Part shown: piece after piece, positions 38,001 to 50,998 of the stretch
How the letters are laid out: each line of letters starts with the position of its first letter
Numbering within the stretch: position 1 is the first letter of the stretch
From: Calcarisporiella thermophila CBS 279.70
Lineage: Eukaryota; Fungi; Calcarisporiellomycota
Length of the DNA stretch: 64,000 nt
Assembly: GCF_041956535.1 (NCBI RefSeq)
Contig: NW_027192214.1
Span: forward strand, 283,687 to 347,686
Reading direction: 5' to 3'
Notes under the pieces: generated by a model
What the model saw: only the letters and a program-made list of their open reading frames with translations
Databases searched by the model: none
What the model was told of the DNA's origin: nothing
Translations under genes and position numbers: made by a program

Positions 38001-39101
38001 TGATGGGAACATGATCGAGTCATGGAAGGTAATTCAAGTCGAATTTAAAAGGTTTAAAACATCCTTCTAATCCATTGCTGTAGTCCCAAATACGCGATTC
38101 CACCACATTTAGCAGCAGCAGTAGCAGCCCACCAGTTCAGATGTTGCCTTACCTTCAGCATCGGGCCTCATTCGGGAACATACGACAGCCAACCGAAGTC
38201 GAGGTACGCCGTTCTTCTACCGTACCCTCGCTTACCTCCGTGGCCGAATCGATGCATGGCAACCTTAAAAGTCGAACGCGGACGGTTAGTATGGGAGCTG
38301 AAATAGGCGATTTTGGTGACGCAACCAGCGGCCAACGATTCCCTGCTCAAGAGAACTTTATTGCTTCGGATTCTCTTGCAAATTTGAGTGCTTATGATCG
38401 CGAGGGCGCTACCAAAGAGGGCAAGGGGGGACCTGATAGTCGCTTTTTGCTCAACCCGCTCTACCCGTTCACTTCAATCAAAAGCGGTCTAAGCGAGAGC
38501 AACAGCTATGGCCCTTCCCCCCCTGCACCTCCACAGCAACAAGTTCCCATGAGCGAAGGTGTCCACAAGCCTCTTCGGCCACAGGGTGCACTTTTCGGCT
38601 CTCAGCAGTCTATCCATCGCCCTACACAGCAGCATATTCTCCCTGGTCCACCAGGCTTCCGCCAGAAGTCGCTGGGTGGAGACATTGCTAAGCCCGAAGA
38701 GCAGGAGGGCCATTCTATTGTATATCAGAGCGATACTAATGTGCCTACAGAAAGTGCGAGCGAGAAATCTGGAGGTAGCCTTGGTTCTCAGGATCAGATT
38801 ACTTTTGGTGGAGGCCGATCGTTTGGTGGTGATAATACCGGTGGCTCTTTAGAAGGTGAGCATTTCGCCCAATATGCATGTTACTAGGTTCCCTGGTCTA
38901 TTTCCCTTCTCAAATTTAATCAGTCTATTTTTAGAGTCTCGTTATCTTCAGACTATAGGTGGTCATTACGGATCAACCCCTCCTGATGCCTCACGTATGG
39001 ATCAACCCACTGGCTGTGGTCCTGCGGCGCATCAAGCGCAGCAGGTGGTCTCTGGCTTCCAAGCCATGAGAAATAATCGCACGCCAGGATTTGATATTTG
39101 A
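35094..39101 (+). CDS. Multi-KH-domain RNA-binding protein (fungal Mug60/YLL032C-like, BicC-type KH array)
   Basis: HNLICGRKR...IMQETATNIYFP, HQDFISGKKNGKINKIMK and YHKRIIGVGGKNIQRIMKKYGVYVKFSNA; low-complexity C-terminus; about 8 introns. Confidence 0.85.
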
Positions 39102-39356
39102 ACTACATTAATTTTCCACGTTTATATATATTTGTACATAAATAATGTGTTTATATCGACCATGAAATTCTACGAGTTTTCTCTTTCCGTATAATCTTTT
39201 CAATGGATCTGTGTGATATTTTACTGTGTTGTATAAAAAAATGTTTTGGGATTTGTGTTTGTAAAAAAAAATGGAATAAAATATCAACAGTAATATAAAC
39301 ATAGAGTAAAATACCGAATATATATTATAAATATCGTAAACAGTGCATTATTTATG

Positions 39357-40379
39357 TTAAGGCTCAAGATATGCAGCCCAGGATTCACTGGAGGGCGGCG
39401 CTGGGTCAATAAATCTGGGCGGAATACCAGTTCCTAGTGGGTCGTCGAAAGGTACTAAATAGCTGTCCCATTGACGTCTATTTATGATATGAGTACAAGG
39501 TGGAAATAAGTCTAACAAGAGTAACATACCTAATCATCACAAGATTATCGAAGTTTGCCTCTGCTTGAAGCCAAAAAGTAGCAGCGGTATCACTTGGAGC
39601 GTCATCGTTTTTTGTATTTTTTGCAATACCCACCATATTATGCCGAGATTCCTCATTGGGTTGTTGTTCATTTTCATCCTCTCTTGGTCTCATTTGCTCA
39701 CTTAACAATTGGACTCTAAAGAAGAATTCATCATCTTCTTCAGGGAAGAAATGACCTAGATATTATGCAGGGACATTAGTCTTAGCGATTTCAAATTTAT
39801 TAATGATACAGTACCTTCTCGCTTGCTTCGCTCTCGCCGCAATGCCTTCAATTTCTTTAACTTCTCTATCTTTTTCAACAGCACCATAGTACGCCTCTCT
39901 CGATTGGCGGTTATTCGTTTTTGAGTCTCACGTTCTTTTTCGAGCGCTTTTAAACGCATTGCTTCATTCTCTTTGGTTCGAGTCTCAATTATCCACTGGT
40001 CTATTAATTTTCGATTTGCTTCTCGCTGAGCCTGGCGAATTTTTCGGCGGCGAGTATACCAGATCTACATTATCTTGATTGAATAATTATGATATTTGAC
40101 GTAAATGAAAATACATACCTTATGTCGCCGTATTTTCTTTATCTTTCTATATAATCGTTTCATTATCCTCTCATCATTAAATGGAATAAAACATTCATTT
40201 AAACGTTTCTTGAGTTGAGCAATTTCCTTGCGATTGATTTGCCACAATTCCTGGGAATCACTCTCCGTAAGTTGATTGCGAAGTGTGCGTAGTTTCGCAA
40301 CAAGATCTGACGCCAGGACTATTGATTGTTTAGCTGCATTGAGCGAAACTTTTGAATCAAGTGCTTGCTTCTTTTCCAT
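39357..40379 (-). CDS. PDCD7: PDCD7 / U11 snRNP 59K-like protein (minor spliceosome); true start uncertain
   Basis: Coiled-coil Lys/Arg-rich middle region (LKKLKALRRER), then FWLQAEANFDNLVMIRRQWDSYLVPFDDPLGTGIPPRFIDPAPPSSESWAAYL matching the PDCD7 C-terminal signature. Confidence 0.8.
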
Positions 40380-41351
40380 TTAACTTAATGCAACAAACAT
40401 TTAAAGCGTAATTTTAAAGAACAATTCTTAATATCATTTAGTTTGGGATTTGAAGCCAATTTTCCCGAATCAAAATTGTATAATCGGACCAAAAAATTTC
40501 CACTGCTCATATATAACAATATAAATCTCTTAATACCTTATTCATAAAAATGTAACTGAAAAGGTTGTAGTTATTTGAAAAGGACTCACACTTGAGGGTC
40601 CATCGCATATGTTCTCTGAGAGGCCTTTGATATGTATGCTTATATGAGTTTGTAAGTACCGAGGATACCCGAGATACTAATGTATAATATGTTAAGCAAT
40701 ATAAAAACCCCTTTGGCCGCTAATTTTGTCCTTAATCTAAGTGTAATGTAAAAAACATTCATAAGAGAACTTCGCTTTTTTCCAAACGGCAAGGGGACAA
40801 ATTCATGTACTTGGTTCGGATGTTTCGTTTTACTTGAAATCCTAAAAACTGACAACTACTCGCGTTCGTTTAAGTTCATAGCCGTGCCTTATATAATAGT
40901 TCAATACATTGTGCGTCATGAGGCAAAACATAAAAGAAAATATAATAATTATTTTTCATTGTAAAATCACGATAGTTTATCCTAATAATCTGTCAATTCA
41001 ACATTTTATACCAACATATGCTGTGTATATAATACATCCAATATCGGTTTGAATCGGATATCTCGAGATTACAGGGATCATTTTATTAATCCAGAATCTT
41101 ATGCTCATTACTGCGCCACATCCACGCGTTATTCTTAGTTCTCTCAGACCATTAAAGCAGTCATCGCGTACCCATCTACTCTCCAAGTGCGAAAAACTTT
41201 CCCCACAAGCTGATCACCTTATAGCTGTGGTATTGCACAGCATTATCAAGTATAAATGGTTTATCCCCCTTTCAAATGAAATGTTTATTAAAACATACCT
41301 CCATATATATTAAGTTTGTAGACATCTAAAGAGACCATCTGACCCTCCAAG

Positions 41352-44300
41352 ATGAATATTGGAGCAGCTATTATTGCGAAAATGCCGTATTATCGGCTCA
41401 AAGGTATATTCTTCCCGATTAGCATTGTAACAGATTTTATTTTTACTCCGTACTGCTTTTTAGACCTCATCAAGGCAATCCGAGCATGCAAGACTGCTGC
41501 CGATGAGCGTAAAGTTATCCAGAAAGAGTCCGCACTCATCCGTACATCCTTTAAAGAGGAAAATAATGATGCACGCTATTCCAACGTCGCCAAGTTGCTT
41601 TACATACATATGCTCGGATATCCTGCTCATTTTGGGCAGATTGAGTGTCTCAAACTCGTTGCTTCTAATCGCTATGCCGATAAGCGATTGGGTTATCTAG
41701 GAATTATGCTTCTTCTCGATGAGAACCAAGAAGTGTTGACGCTGGTGACCAACTCACTTAAAAAGTTCGCTGATCCTGATTTTCTGATCCACAAGGAGTT
41801 TTACTTACCCGCATTCTTGATAAAACTAGTGACATGAATCACTCCAATGCTTTCATCGTTGGGCTTGCCCTTTGTACGCTAGGTAATATTTCATCTCCCG
41901 AAATGGCGCGCGATCTCTGTGCCGAAGTCGAGAAACTCCTCGGCAGTACAAATCCATACATCCGGAAGAAGGTATAGCAACCAGAACCATGCACTTTGAT
42001 TCGAATTATTAATTTTACACCAATACTCAGGCTGCTCTCTGTGCCGTTCGAATCATCAGACGAGTGCCGGACTTGCAAGAGAATTTCCTATCCAAGGCGA
42101 AGCAGCTTCTTGGAGATCGTAATCACGGAGTTCTTCTCACTGGAGTTACTTTAGCTATCGAACTTTGTGAGATCAACCCCGAAAATCTGAGTGCTTTCCG
42201 CAAGGTAACTGTTGATTGTTAGGTAGACTCATTTTAACTCCTACTTATTATTCCACTACTCAGGGGGTTCCTTTGCTTGTCCGTAACCTCAAAGATCTTA
42301 CTACGGCGGGCTTCTCACAAGAGCATGACGTTACGGGGGTGACCGATCCTTTCCTCCAGGTGAAATTACTCCGCTTGTTGCGAGTGTTGGGTCGAGGTGA
42401 TGTCGAAGCTAGTGAAGCCATGAACGATATCCTCGCTCAGGTTGCAACCAACACAGAAACGGCCAAGAACGTCGGTAATGCCATCCTTTATGAAACAGTG
42501 CTCACGATCCTCGATATTCGATCCGAAAGTGGACTTAAGGTCCTTGCCATTAATATCCTTGGGAAGTTCTTGAGTAACCGTGACAACAATATTCGCTACG
42601 TTGCACTGGAGACGCTTAATAAGACGATTTCCATCGATCCCAATGCAGTCCAGCGTCACCGAAAAACCATCCTTGAATGCCTCCGTGACGGAGATATCTC
42701 CATTCGAAGGCGTGCTCTTGAGCTCTCCTTTGCGCTCATTAACGAATCAAACGTTCGAGTATTGACAAGGGAGTTGTTGTCTTTCCTCGAAATTGCCGAC
42801 ACCGAATTCAAGCCAAGTATGACCACTAAAATCTGTTTGGCGGCTGAGAGGTAATCCATCCAAGAACTAACTCTTGAGGCCCAGAAACGTCTTGACACCT
42901 CTTTTAACAGGTTTGCTCCAAACAAGCGGTGGCATATTGACACAGTTATGCGGGTACTCAAACTGGTAAGAAATGGCATCCAGCTCCTATGAAAACCTTC
43001 TTAATGCGTATTTTTTAGGCGGGGAACTATGTTCGCGAGGAAGTTTTGGCCGGTTTCATCCGTTTGGTCGCGCAGTCGAATGAGCTTCAAGCCTATTCTG
43101 CTCGGAAAATGTACTTTGCTTTGAAGAGTGACATTTCACAAGAGTCTCTCGTTCTCGCTGGAGCCTGGATCATTGGCGAGTATGGTGACTTGCTGATTAG
43201 CGGTGCTGGAGCAGAAGATGACGAGCCAGTTAAGGAGGTATGATTGTCACTGGCTTATTTGGAGATGTGCTGAGGACTCATTCTTTTCATTATAGATATC
43301 CGAAGCAGATGTTATACAATTGCTTGAATCTATCCTAGCAGGGCCATACATCAATCAAACAACGCGGCAATATGTTATCACCGCCCTCATGAAGTTGTCT
43401 GCCCGCTTCACGAATACAGCTTCGATTTCGCAGATCCAATCCACCATTCAACGCTTCTCCTCTAGCATTGAAATAGAGATCCAGCAGCGCTCGACAGAAT
43501 ACGGAAATCTGTTCAATTACGACAGCATTCGGCCTGCGGTGCTCGAGCGAATGCCGGTTCCCGAGGCGAAAGCTACGAGAATTGCGGATACGCTGAGTAA
43601 TTACATCCGTGCTTTTAATTTGAGGATTCAAGTATGGAGGCACTAATGTATCCTCTTTAGCTGGTGAGAACGAGCAAAGGAATGCCGCAGAGCCTAGCGA
43701 CCAGGATGTATGTTTGGGTGTTCCTTCTTGTAGTGGATGGAGTGCTAATATATCACTCTTGCTTTCGTCAGCTTCTCTTGGATCTTATGGGAGTCGGCAC
43801 GGCCTCTTCGACAGCTCCCGTGGCCGCGGCAAATTCAACTCAATCTACTCAAAAGCAGTCTGCCAATAACTTGGATCTTCTTGCGGATATATTCGGGGGC
43901 GCAAATATCAGCTCGGCCCCTTCAACGGCTCCTCCTGCGTCCGCTTCGCAAGGAAATGATATTCTTGACTTGCTTGGAGGCAGTGGGGCCACCTCAGCGC
44001 AAAAGCCTGCCGGACAAGCTCCTGCTAGAACTAGCCCGAGCGTGGGCAGCCCGCCGACCCAGCCTCCCTCGGCAGGTCGAGGTAGGATCCAATGTAGGCC
44101 ACCACTACCTTTCCTCTGGTTTTAACTTGTCGCCCTCTAATAGATTTCCAAGCTTACTCGAAAAATGGTCTCAAGATCACGTTTACACCATCGCGGGACC
44201 AAACGAATCCCAATATCATCAATATCATGGTGACCTTCATCAACGAAGGCCTTGAAGCCATGTCGGATATATTGTTCCAAGCCGCAGTGCCAAAGGTAAG

Positions 44301-44566
44301 GGCTCTCAGCCAAGTCACTTGATCCTGTACCTCTCCATCTAATGGAACCCCATTCGTACTCCACCCCTCTTTAGAGCCAAAAACTACAAATGCAACCGCC
44401 AAGCGCCACAACGTTAACTCCAGGAATGCAGGCCACACAAGCCATGCGCATCGCCAACCCGGCACGTGCTGCGGTGCGTATCCGTCTGCGGATCCTCTAC
44501 ACACTGCCCTCGGGACGGGTGGAAGACATGGCGGAATTCGGCGGGTTTCCGGAAGGATCGTATTAG
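41352..44566 (+). CDS. APL4: AP-1 complex gamma-adaptin; many introns
   Basis: [60 protein letters not shown] and ear domain FQAAVPKSQKLQM. Confidence 0.96.
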
Positions 44567-44985
44567 ATTACCATATGTGAGGCAATTTCAAAGAGAGGGT
44601 TGGATTTTTATTTTATTTTATTATATAAAGAATGACCATTTCATTGCCACTCCCTCATCGACCTAACCCTCTCGGGGGTCATTTTATGGGAGGCAAGCCA
44701 TCCAGGCGATTGGGTGCTACTTTCCCAATGCTTTACACACACACAAACGTCCGGATACTAGAGCACTAATTTCACTACATTTATTTACTTTATATGAGTT
44801 AACAACGATATTTCTTTAGCAACCATTCACTTAAGCATATTTAGACCTTTACACGTGAATCATTGCATAGAGAATAACAAGGGATAATAATACAACTCCT
44901 AGTAGTCGGGAGCATCTTGGGAAGAGTGAGAAGAGGGGGACGAAATAAAACAAGACAGACAGTGGAGAAAAAAAAAAGCCCAGGG

Positions 44986-45564
44986 CTAGGAAACAGAAAC
45001 CGGAATCTCGGAATTTGTCTCATCCTCGGGCTCCAGTAGATGCTCGTCCCCATCCTCCTCTTCCATCTCATCGTCAGCCTCAGCGAATGCCTCATCCATA
45101 TCTGCTCTAGCCTCATTCTCTGCCCCTCCATCTGAACCGACCAGATCCAGCCCCAATTCCTCATCGCCAACGCATTCCAATAACAGATCCAACCATTCCT
45201 CAAGCATTTCATCGCTGCGGTCACGCACACGTCTGGCGATTTCCCCCTCAGGCAACGCTGCGATCTCATTCATACAGATCAGCAGATTATTGAGCATCTC
45301 TGCGGGAATGATAAGCTGCGAGTAGTCGTTGGTGCGATCAAGGGTCTGTGTAATTTCCGAGACGGCGGCGCTGAGCGCGTTCAACAATACCTCCTCCGAC
45401 TCTGCGAGATCGGGGCCGTGAATGGGTAGATGGGAAGATGAAAACGATGCAGGAGAGGAACTCCGCGCAATTAAATGGGGGAAATATTGGGAATCAGGGT
45501 GGTCATGCTCATTCATTGTAGGAGAAGAATTCGGCGAATTGCTCGGTTTCCGGGTCCAGTCCAT
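44986..45564 (-). CDS. Acidic hypothetical protein (192 aa, single exon)
   Basis: Open ORF with a helical core and an Asp/Glu-rich tail, preceded by a pyrimidine-rich leader; no family recognised. Confidence 0.6.
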   Translation of the reverse strand: MDWTRKPSNSPNSSPTMNEHDHPDSQYFPHLIARSSSPASFSSSHLPIHGPDLAESEEVLLNALSAAVSEITQTLDRTNDYSQLIIPAEMLNNLLICMNEIAALPEGEIARRVRDRSDEMLEEWLDLLLECVGDEELGLDLVGSDGGAENEARADMDEAFAEADDEMEEEDGDEHLLEPEDETNSEIPVSVS

Positions 45565-46094
45565 TCCTTCTTCTTCCTTTAACCTCGAAAGCTAGAGTGA
45601 TCGATGAGAGGGAATGGATAATCAGAATGGGGCAGGCGGTGATTTCGAGGCAAGCAGTTTAGAGAATTAACAGGGATCAAGCAACAATTCCAAGGCCACC
45701 GTAGAAATCAGGTGCTCATTGAAACAAAGGTCTGCTAAGAAAAGGTACGCTATTGATAGCCAAAAGAGGCGGCGAAATGAGATGACAAAGAAGTTTGAAG
45801 CCGAATTCCTTTTTTTTTTGATTTCCGAAATGATTTGAGTGGAGACGAGAGAAGGGGGAGAGGCACAAAGAAAGGTGAGCCAAGTTCATGACTGCTCAAT
45901 GATTGAGTGCATGACTGGTTTTTCGATTAAAGTACAAGATCATTTTATTAATAAATACAGTGTTCGGAGTAAAAATATAAATCCGTTTAGGAAGAATAAA
46001 TAATAACAAGTGTATGGAGAAAGATTAGATAGCATTAAATATAGAAGTATTTATATGGAAGAAATAATAAGAGAAAACAGGCCAAAAGGAGATG

Positions 46095-47237
46095 CTAATC
46101 CGTGAGACTTCGACGAACTACCTCCAGCACCATTGTGTCTTCCAGGTTCGAACCCGGTTCTGTCAGCCCACTGAGCAACGTGGAATCGAAATAATACGAG
46201 TCATTAGTTGGGGAGTGCGAGATGCGCAGAGCCCCGGTAGCTCCGTATCCCGGTCGCAGAACAATTCGCCGAGTGCTTGCGGTTGTGGAGAAAGCGCGCC
46301 GAGAGTGTCTTGTGCAGTGGGCGATTTTCTCCCAAGCCGGGCGAACTTGATCTAATAGTCAGTTAACGTGAGTTGCCTAGAGAGCGACTATGCTTTCTAT
46401 CAAATCAACCAAACCTGTGGTGACGACGCGGGGGTTGTGGTGGCTAATGCTTTTTCTCCGTCTATCATGGGAGCGGCTGTTGTCCTTTGTCATTTCAGAG
46501 GTGACATTGAAATTCAGTCGCTGTGTTGGTTCCGCCAGTATGCGTATTAAAAGTCAATTTCTATGGCCAAGTTTGCGCAGCTAATGAAAGAACAATTACC
46601 TGTGAAAGTGACAGCTCTGGGGGTTCATAAACCACGCCAAAGTTCATTTCGACGCAGAAAGGACAAGTGGCGGGGGTGCCTTTACCAGGCGGTCGCTTAA
46701 TTTGTACAAAGCATTCTGCGAAAACAAATCAATTAGAGGCTTGATTGGCGGGAAGGATGGAATGCACACAAATGCGGCAGGCGACCCTTACCTGTGCAAA
46801 TAGGCTGATCGCAACATCGCGACCTATTAATGTTGGCAGGAAAATACTAAGAAGAAGCGGGGTTAGTTTTGCGTATGGCGTGCAAGACTTCCAGAAGTTC
46901 AGAACCAAACACGCACCATCAAGCAGATTGGACATTCGATTCTAGGCCTCCACTCTCTACCCATGTCACCTCGAGGAACTACGGACGCAACGGGCGAGCA
47001 ACCCGCGAGGCGCTTGCCCAATTTGGCAGCAAGCGCAATTCGCTTTCTCGATTTACATTTAGGGCGATCGTTCTCGTCATTGTCGAGAGGATCGGCGGCG
47101 CCTGGGTAGAATGGCGCCAGTTTACGGGCAAGAATCAATTCCCGAGTGGAATGGTGGTCATGATCGAGGGGCGCGTAAGGGTAGAGGCGGCCCCCATCAA
47201 GCGTGACTAGAGGGTCTTTGGTGAGCGGCTGCCCCAT
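46095..47237 (-). CDS. SIP5: Sip5-like RING protein (Snf1/Reg1 interactor family); about 4 introns
   Basis: MGQPLTK (myristoylation-like), LDGG.LYP, RELILARKLAPFYPG, ECPICLM/YFPANINRSRCCDQPICT/ECFVQIKRP, CPFCVEMNFGVVY and C-terminal LEDTMVLEVVRRSL. Confidence 0.87.
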
Positions 47238-47571
47238 GACACGAATGGAGAGGGGGAGCTGGATTGGGAGAGAGGATTTGAGATGTCAAAAGAAGAAACG
47301 GCCAATTCTTGTATGGGAAAAAAGTGGCATCGCAAATGTTTTTTATAATTCCCCCAGCCGAAATGATTTTCGGTAAACATTGGTCGGTGCACAATGTGAA
47401 ACCTTGTGGATAAAATTTTACAAAATCCATCGACTCATTCCAGCTCAAAAGAGCTTAGAGGATAAGCCGTGCATCTACAGCAACCCCTTCGACGACAAGG
47501 ATCTCCTGGCCTGGATGCTTACAAATGGGCGAAGGCGCAATTCGGCGGCCGGATGAGGCGCTTTGGCCTGT

Positions 47572-49015
47572 TCACCCGTCGGTCACGAGCGGCGAGCACT
47601 ACACGGCCGAACGGAGTTTAGCAGGGCGAGGCTTCCGCCATATGGGTATATAGATACTCAACCACAAACTCAACAAAGCTAAATTTAGCATCGGCGGTCG
47701 GGATCATAAATTGCATCGACAGAAACCCGCGCTCGTTGGTGCGGATCGAGGTTTTGATGGACGCGCTTAGTGCCTTCAGAGAATGCTGAATGTGCGAGAA
47801 CTTGTAGCTATAATGGCGTGGTCGGGTTAGCTCGGAGCAGCTTGGGAGGAGATGGGGCCGGAGGCCGGCCCAAGGCGCACCTGTTCTTGACCACGGAGTT
47901 GCAGTTGAACGACTCCAGCACGTCCGTGTCCTTCGGATACTCCATCTAGCACACCAGAGGGTAAGCAAGCAAGCAAGCAAAGCACACATCCGCAGAGCGG
48001 TAGAGCCGTACCTCTGCACTTCCCGTGATGCCGAACGTGGACAGCTTGAAGAACGGGGCCACGGGCGAGATCAAGAAGGTGATGTTCTCGCTGCTCGCGT
48101 CCAGCTCACTGAACGCGTCCCGAAGCCACTCGGACTGGGAGGGGATGTCAGCATGCGCAATGGGGAGCTCAAGAGCGGTTTCCTAAGTTACCTTCATGAT
48201 GATCTTCTGTAACACTGACGAGCTGTCAAAGTTGAAGTAGAGCGGCGCTTCGGCATCCTGCGTGGTGAGCTTGCACAGGGTCACGATGCCATTCTCCTCC
48301 AGGCTAGACCAAGGCGTTAGCACTGGTGTCATGGGGCACAAGATCGCCCTTCAAAATTACTCACGTCACTACCAAATCTGCTCCCGGCCCCCGATACTCT
48401 ATCTGGCAAGCAGTCGCGCCCATCCGCCCAAAGGGTTCGGGCTGGTTGAAAAGATTGAGGTTGTTGCCCTGTGTGCCTTGCTGCCCTACCTGTGAGCCTC
48501 CTGTCAGGGGGCCAGCGCTCCCAAACACGTTAAGACATTCAATAAGTGCGGTGAGGTGCAATCCAAAAATGACCAGCTGATCTTCCTCCTCCTCGTCGCC
48601 ATGCTTACTTTCTGCAGCTTCTTGCTGGGTTTCTGCTTGATCGCCACGAAAACGGTACTCCTGAAACATGGATTCTTGGAGATAGGCGCGTGCTTGTACA
48701 CACCGCGAATCCTCAACCACAAACTGCAGACCTCGCCTAGATATAATACAGGTCGCTCTCTACAACATCTGTGTTAATGCAGAGAATAATCATTCTCGAA
48801 TGCAGGCTTTTAGGCTACCTCTTTAAAATGGACTGCCCGTAGCAGATTGGCGAGCGATTTTACGTTCTTGAGCTTGGCAAAAAGAATCCTAAATTTTTAA
48901 AAAAATAAAGTACGAATGGCGCAGGGTGCAGCGAAAGTATCTATCCATACGGTTCTCGTCCGATCGCGTTTTTAATCCTGCTGTTATGAACATTATGATT
49001 TTCGTCTGGATTCAT
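47572..49015 (-). CDS. RAD1: 9-1-1 checkpoint clamp subunit Rad1 (Rec1/ScRad17 family); 7 introns
   Basis: VEDSRCVQARAYL...FQEY, LIECLNVFG, LEENGIVTLCKLTT, KIIMKSEWLRDAFSELD, YKFSHIQHSLKAL, SIRTNERGFLSMQFMI and FVEFVCSP. Confidence 0.92.
47963..47983. repeat. Short (AAGC)n microsatellite in a RAD1 intron
   Basis: aagcaagcaagcaagcaaagc. Confidence 0.6.
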
Positions 49016-49185
49016 GGTCGCCGAGAAAACACCTAACGATTTAATCCAAAAAGAAATACGCGACCTCGCGTGACTGCTTATAGCGAAAGCGCAACAGGGG
49101 AAATGAAAAGAAAAGTGTTCAAATAATAATTATACAGAATACCCAGTACACCAAACAAACACAGCGATAATAGTCCAGTTAAAAT

Positions 49186-50586
49186 TCATCGAAAAGCATT
49201 AAAGATAAAAACACTGGCCGCCACTATTAGTGAACCCCACGCCTTCCAAGGGCCAAAGCATTGGGCACTATCTTGCTCACAAAAGAGCACGTGACTCAAC
49301 CCAAACACTAAGAGGGCCCTCATTCCCTGCAGCACCCCAGTGCTTACGCTGCCGGTGTGTTGGATTAGCGCGAAAAAATTAAGATTATGTGCAAGGGCGG
49401 AAATGCAGAGAAGTCCATGCGCGAGTGCAATTCTCTCCCACGAGGCAGTGGGGTGAAGCAGCGTAGAATAATTAGGTACGGTATAGAATAGAAGATAGCC
49501 AGCACACAGAGCGCTAGCATACATCCCGGATCGATAGCAAAAATAAGCCGGGTGGGGTGGAGTATTCTTCCCTGACAAAAGTAGGTCGGAGAGCACATAT
49601 ACGCAAGCTAATCAACAAAGTAAGACTGGAGTTTAAGAAAACCAAATACCAAGTGGGATTACCGTAGCCAACAGTGGCGGAGAGGGTGATGACCATTCCA
49701 ATCAAGCTATTATTAGCAGCGGTACCACCTTCTTGTTCAAATGCAGTGACAGCAAGCCCACTGGATAGCCCAATAATGGCGAGCCATTGGATAATGTTTA
49801 AGCGTCGGCCTACAAATGTCGAAAGTAGCGCACACCACACCACCACACTTGAATAAATAACCTGGTACATCTATTTTGCACGTAATAATAGAGGGTTATT
49901 CCATTTGTCACGGGAAAAATGCATAGGGAGATTTAAGCCGCACCCCACTTCCAATATAGAAGAGTCCAATCGTAAGGAAAAAGTTGGCAAAAAGATCAAG
50001 TAGAGTTATCTTCAATATGGGGATATCATAGACACTCATCGCGGGATTGCGGTAGGTGCCAAAAGGGAATGGAAGCCGCGAAAATAGGCTGCCCTTGTGA
50101 TTCTTTTTGACTAGTTTATCCTCCTCTACTTCGTTTTTCTGATTCGCATTGTCCTGATCTCGTTTCGGCTGCAAGAAGGAGAAGAGTTGGGAAAGCGATT
50201 AGAATGCGAGAGGCGCTAAGAAGAAATACAACTAAATGCGCATCATTATCTAGCTTACCAATTCCATGGCAATCATGGCTTGTTCGGACGTAGACAATCG
50301 TCTGTCAGTTCCCGAGGAAGATTTGGTCTTGTCATCGAGAAGCCAGGGGAGTAAAAATGCTACACAAAAAGAGCCAAAGTATTGCGCGGCATTCGTAGTG
50401 TAGGCGCGGGCCGCTTAATTCAAACCCAATTAAAACAGAGAGAGGATTAGCTTTGGTATAGGATGCTTCCACTTTTTGCTTACATGTAGCATTGTGATAA
50501 TATAGCCATTGCGAGCAGAGAGTTTGAAAGAGGCCACTAATGAGAAATGATACTTGATGGAGAAGGATGTAAAGCTGGGTCGGCAT
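49186..50586 (-). CDS. DMT-superfamily / SLC35-like membrane transporter; 4 introns
   Basis: Multiple TM segments; IGLFYIGSG/MYQVIYSSVVVWCALLS...RRLN..QWLAI and GSVSTGVLQGMRALLVFGLSH. Confidence 0.8.
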
Positions 50587-50998
50587 GTTTATAAATGAAA
50601 TAACAAAATAAGGACGGATATATATCAAAAAAATATCGAAGGAAGTAAGGAATTCACGAGCAAAGGGTAGAAATAAAAGTGGTGTTCATGGTAATAAAAA
50701 TTGTATAGGGGAATATGAAAAATGGAAAAGGGAGTAATCTGCGCCATACATGCTGATAATTTCCTGGGCTAAGGCTCGCAAAGTGGTCCATCTTTCGATC
50801 TAGATCTTAAGCCATAAAAGTAATAAGGTAATCAGAATCTACGCATTTTCTCTTGCTATTAGGACTTTATTTTTTGCACAGATGAAGCCTAGCATAGCTT
50901 CTCCTATATTACACTGGTTTATCGACGATTAGAATTCATTCATAATTCATCATCTGATCCCATTTCTAAAACTCTATTCTCTTTTTTTCTACATTAGC

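Noticed and set aside
46140-46160. tRNA T-arm-like GGTTCGAACCC
   Set aside because: It lies antisense within the SIP5 last exon, with no cloverleaf or A-box.
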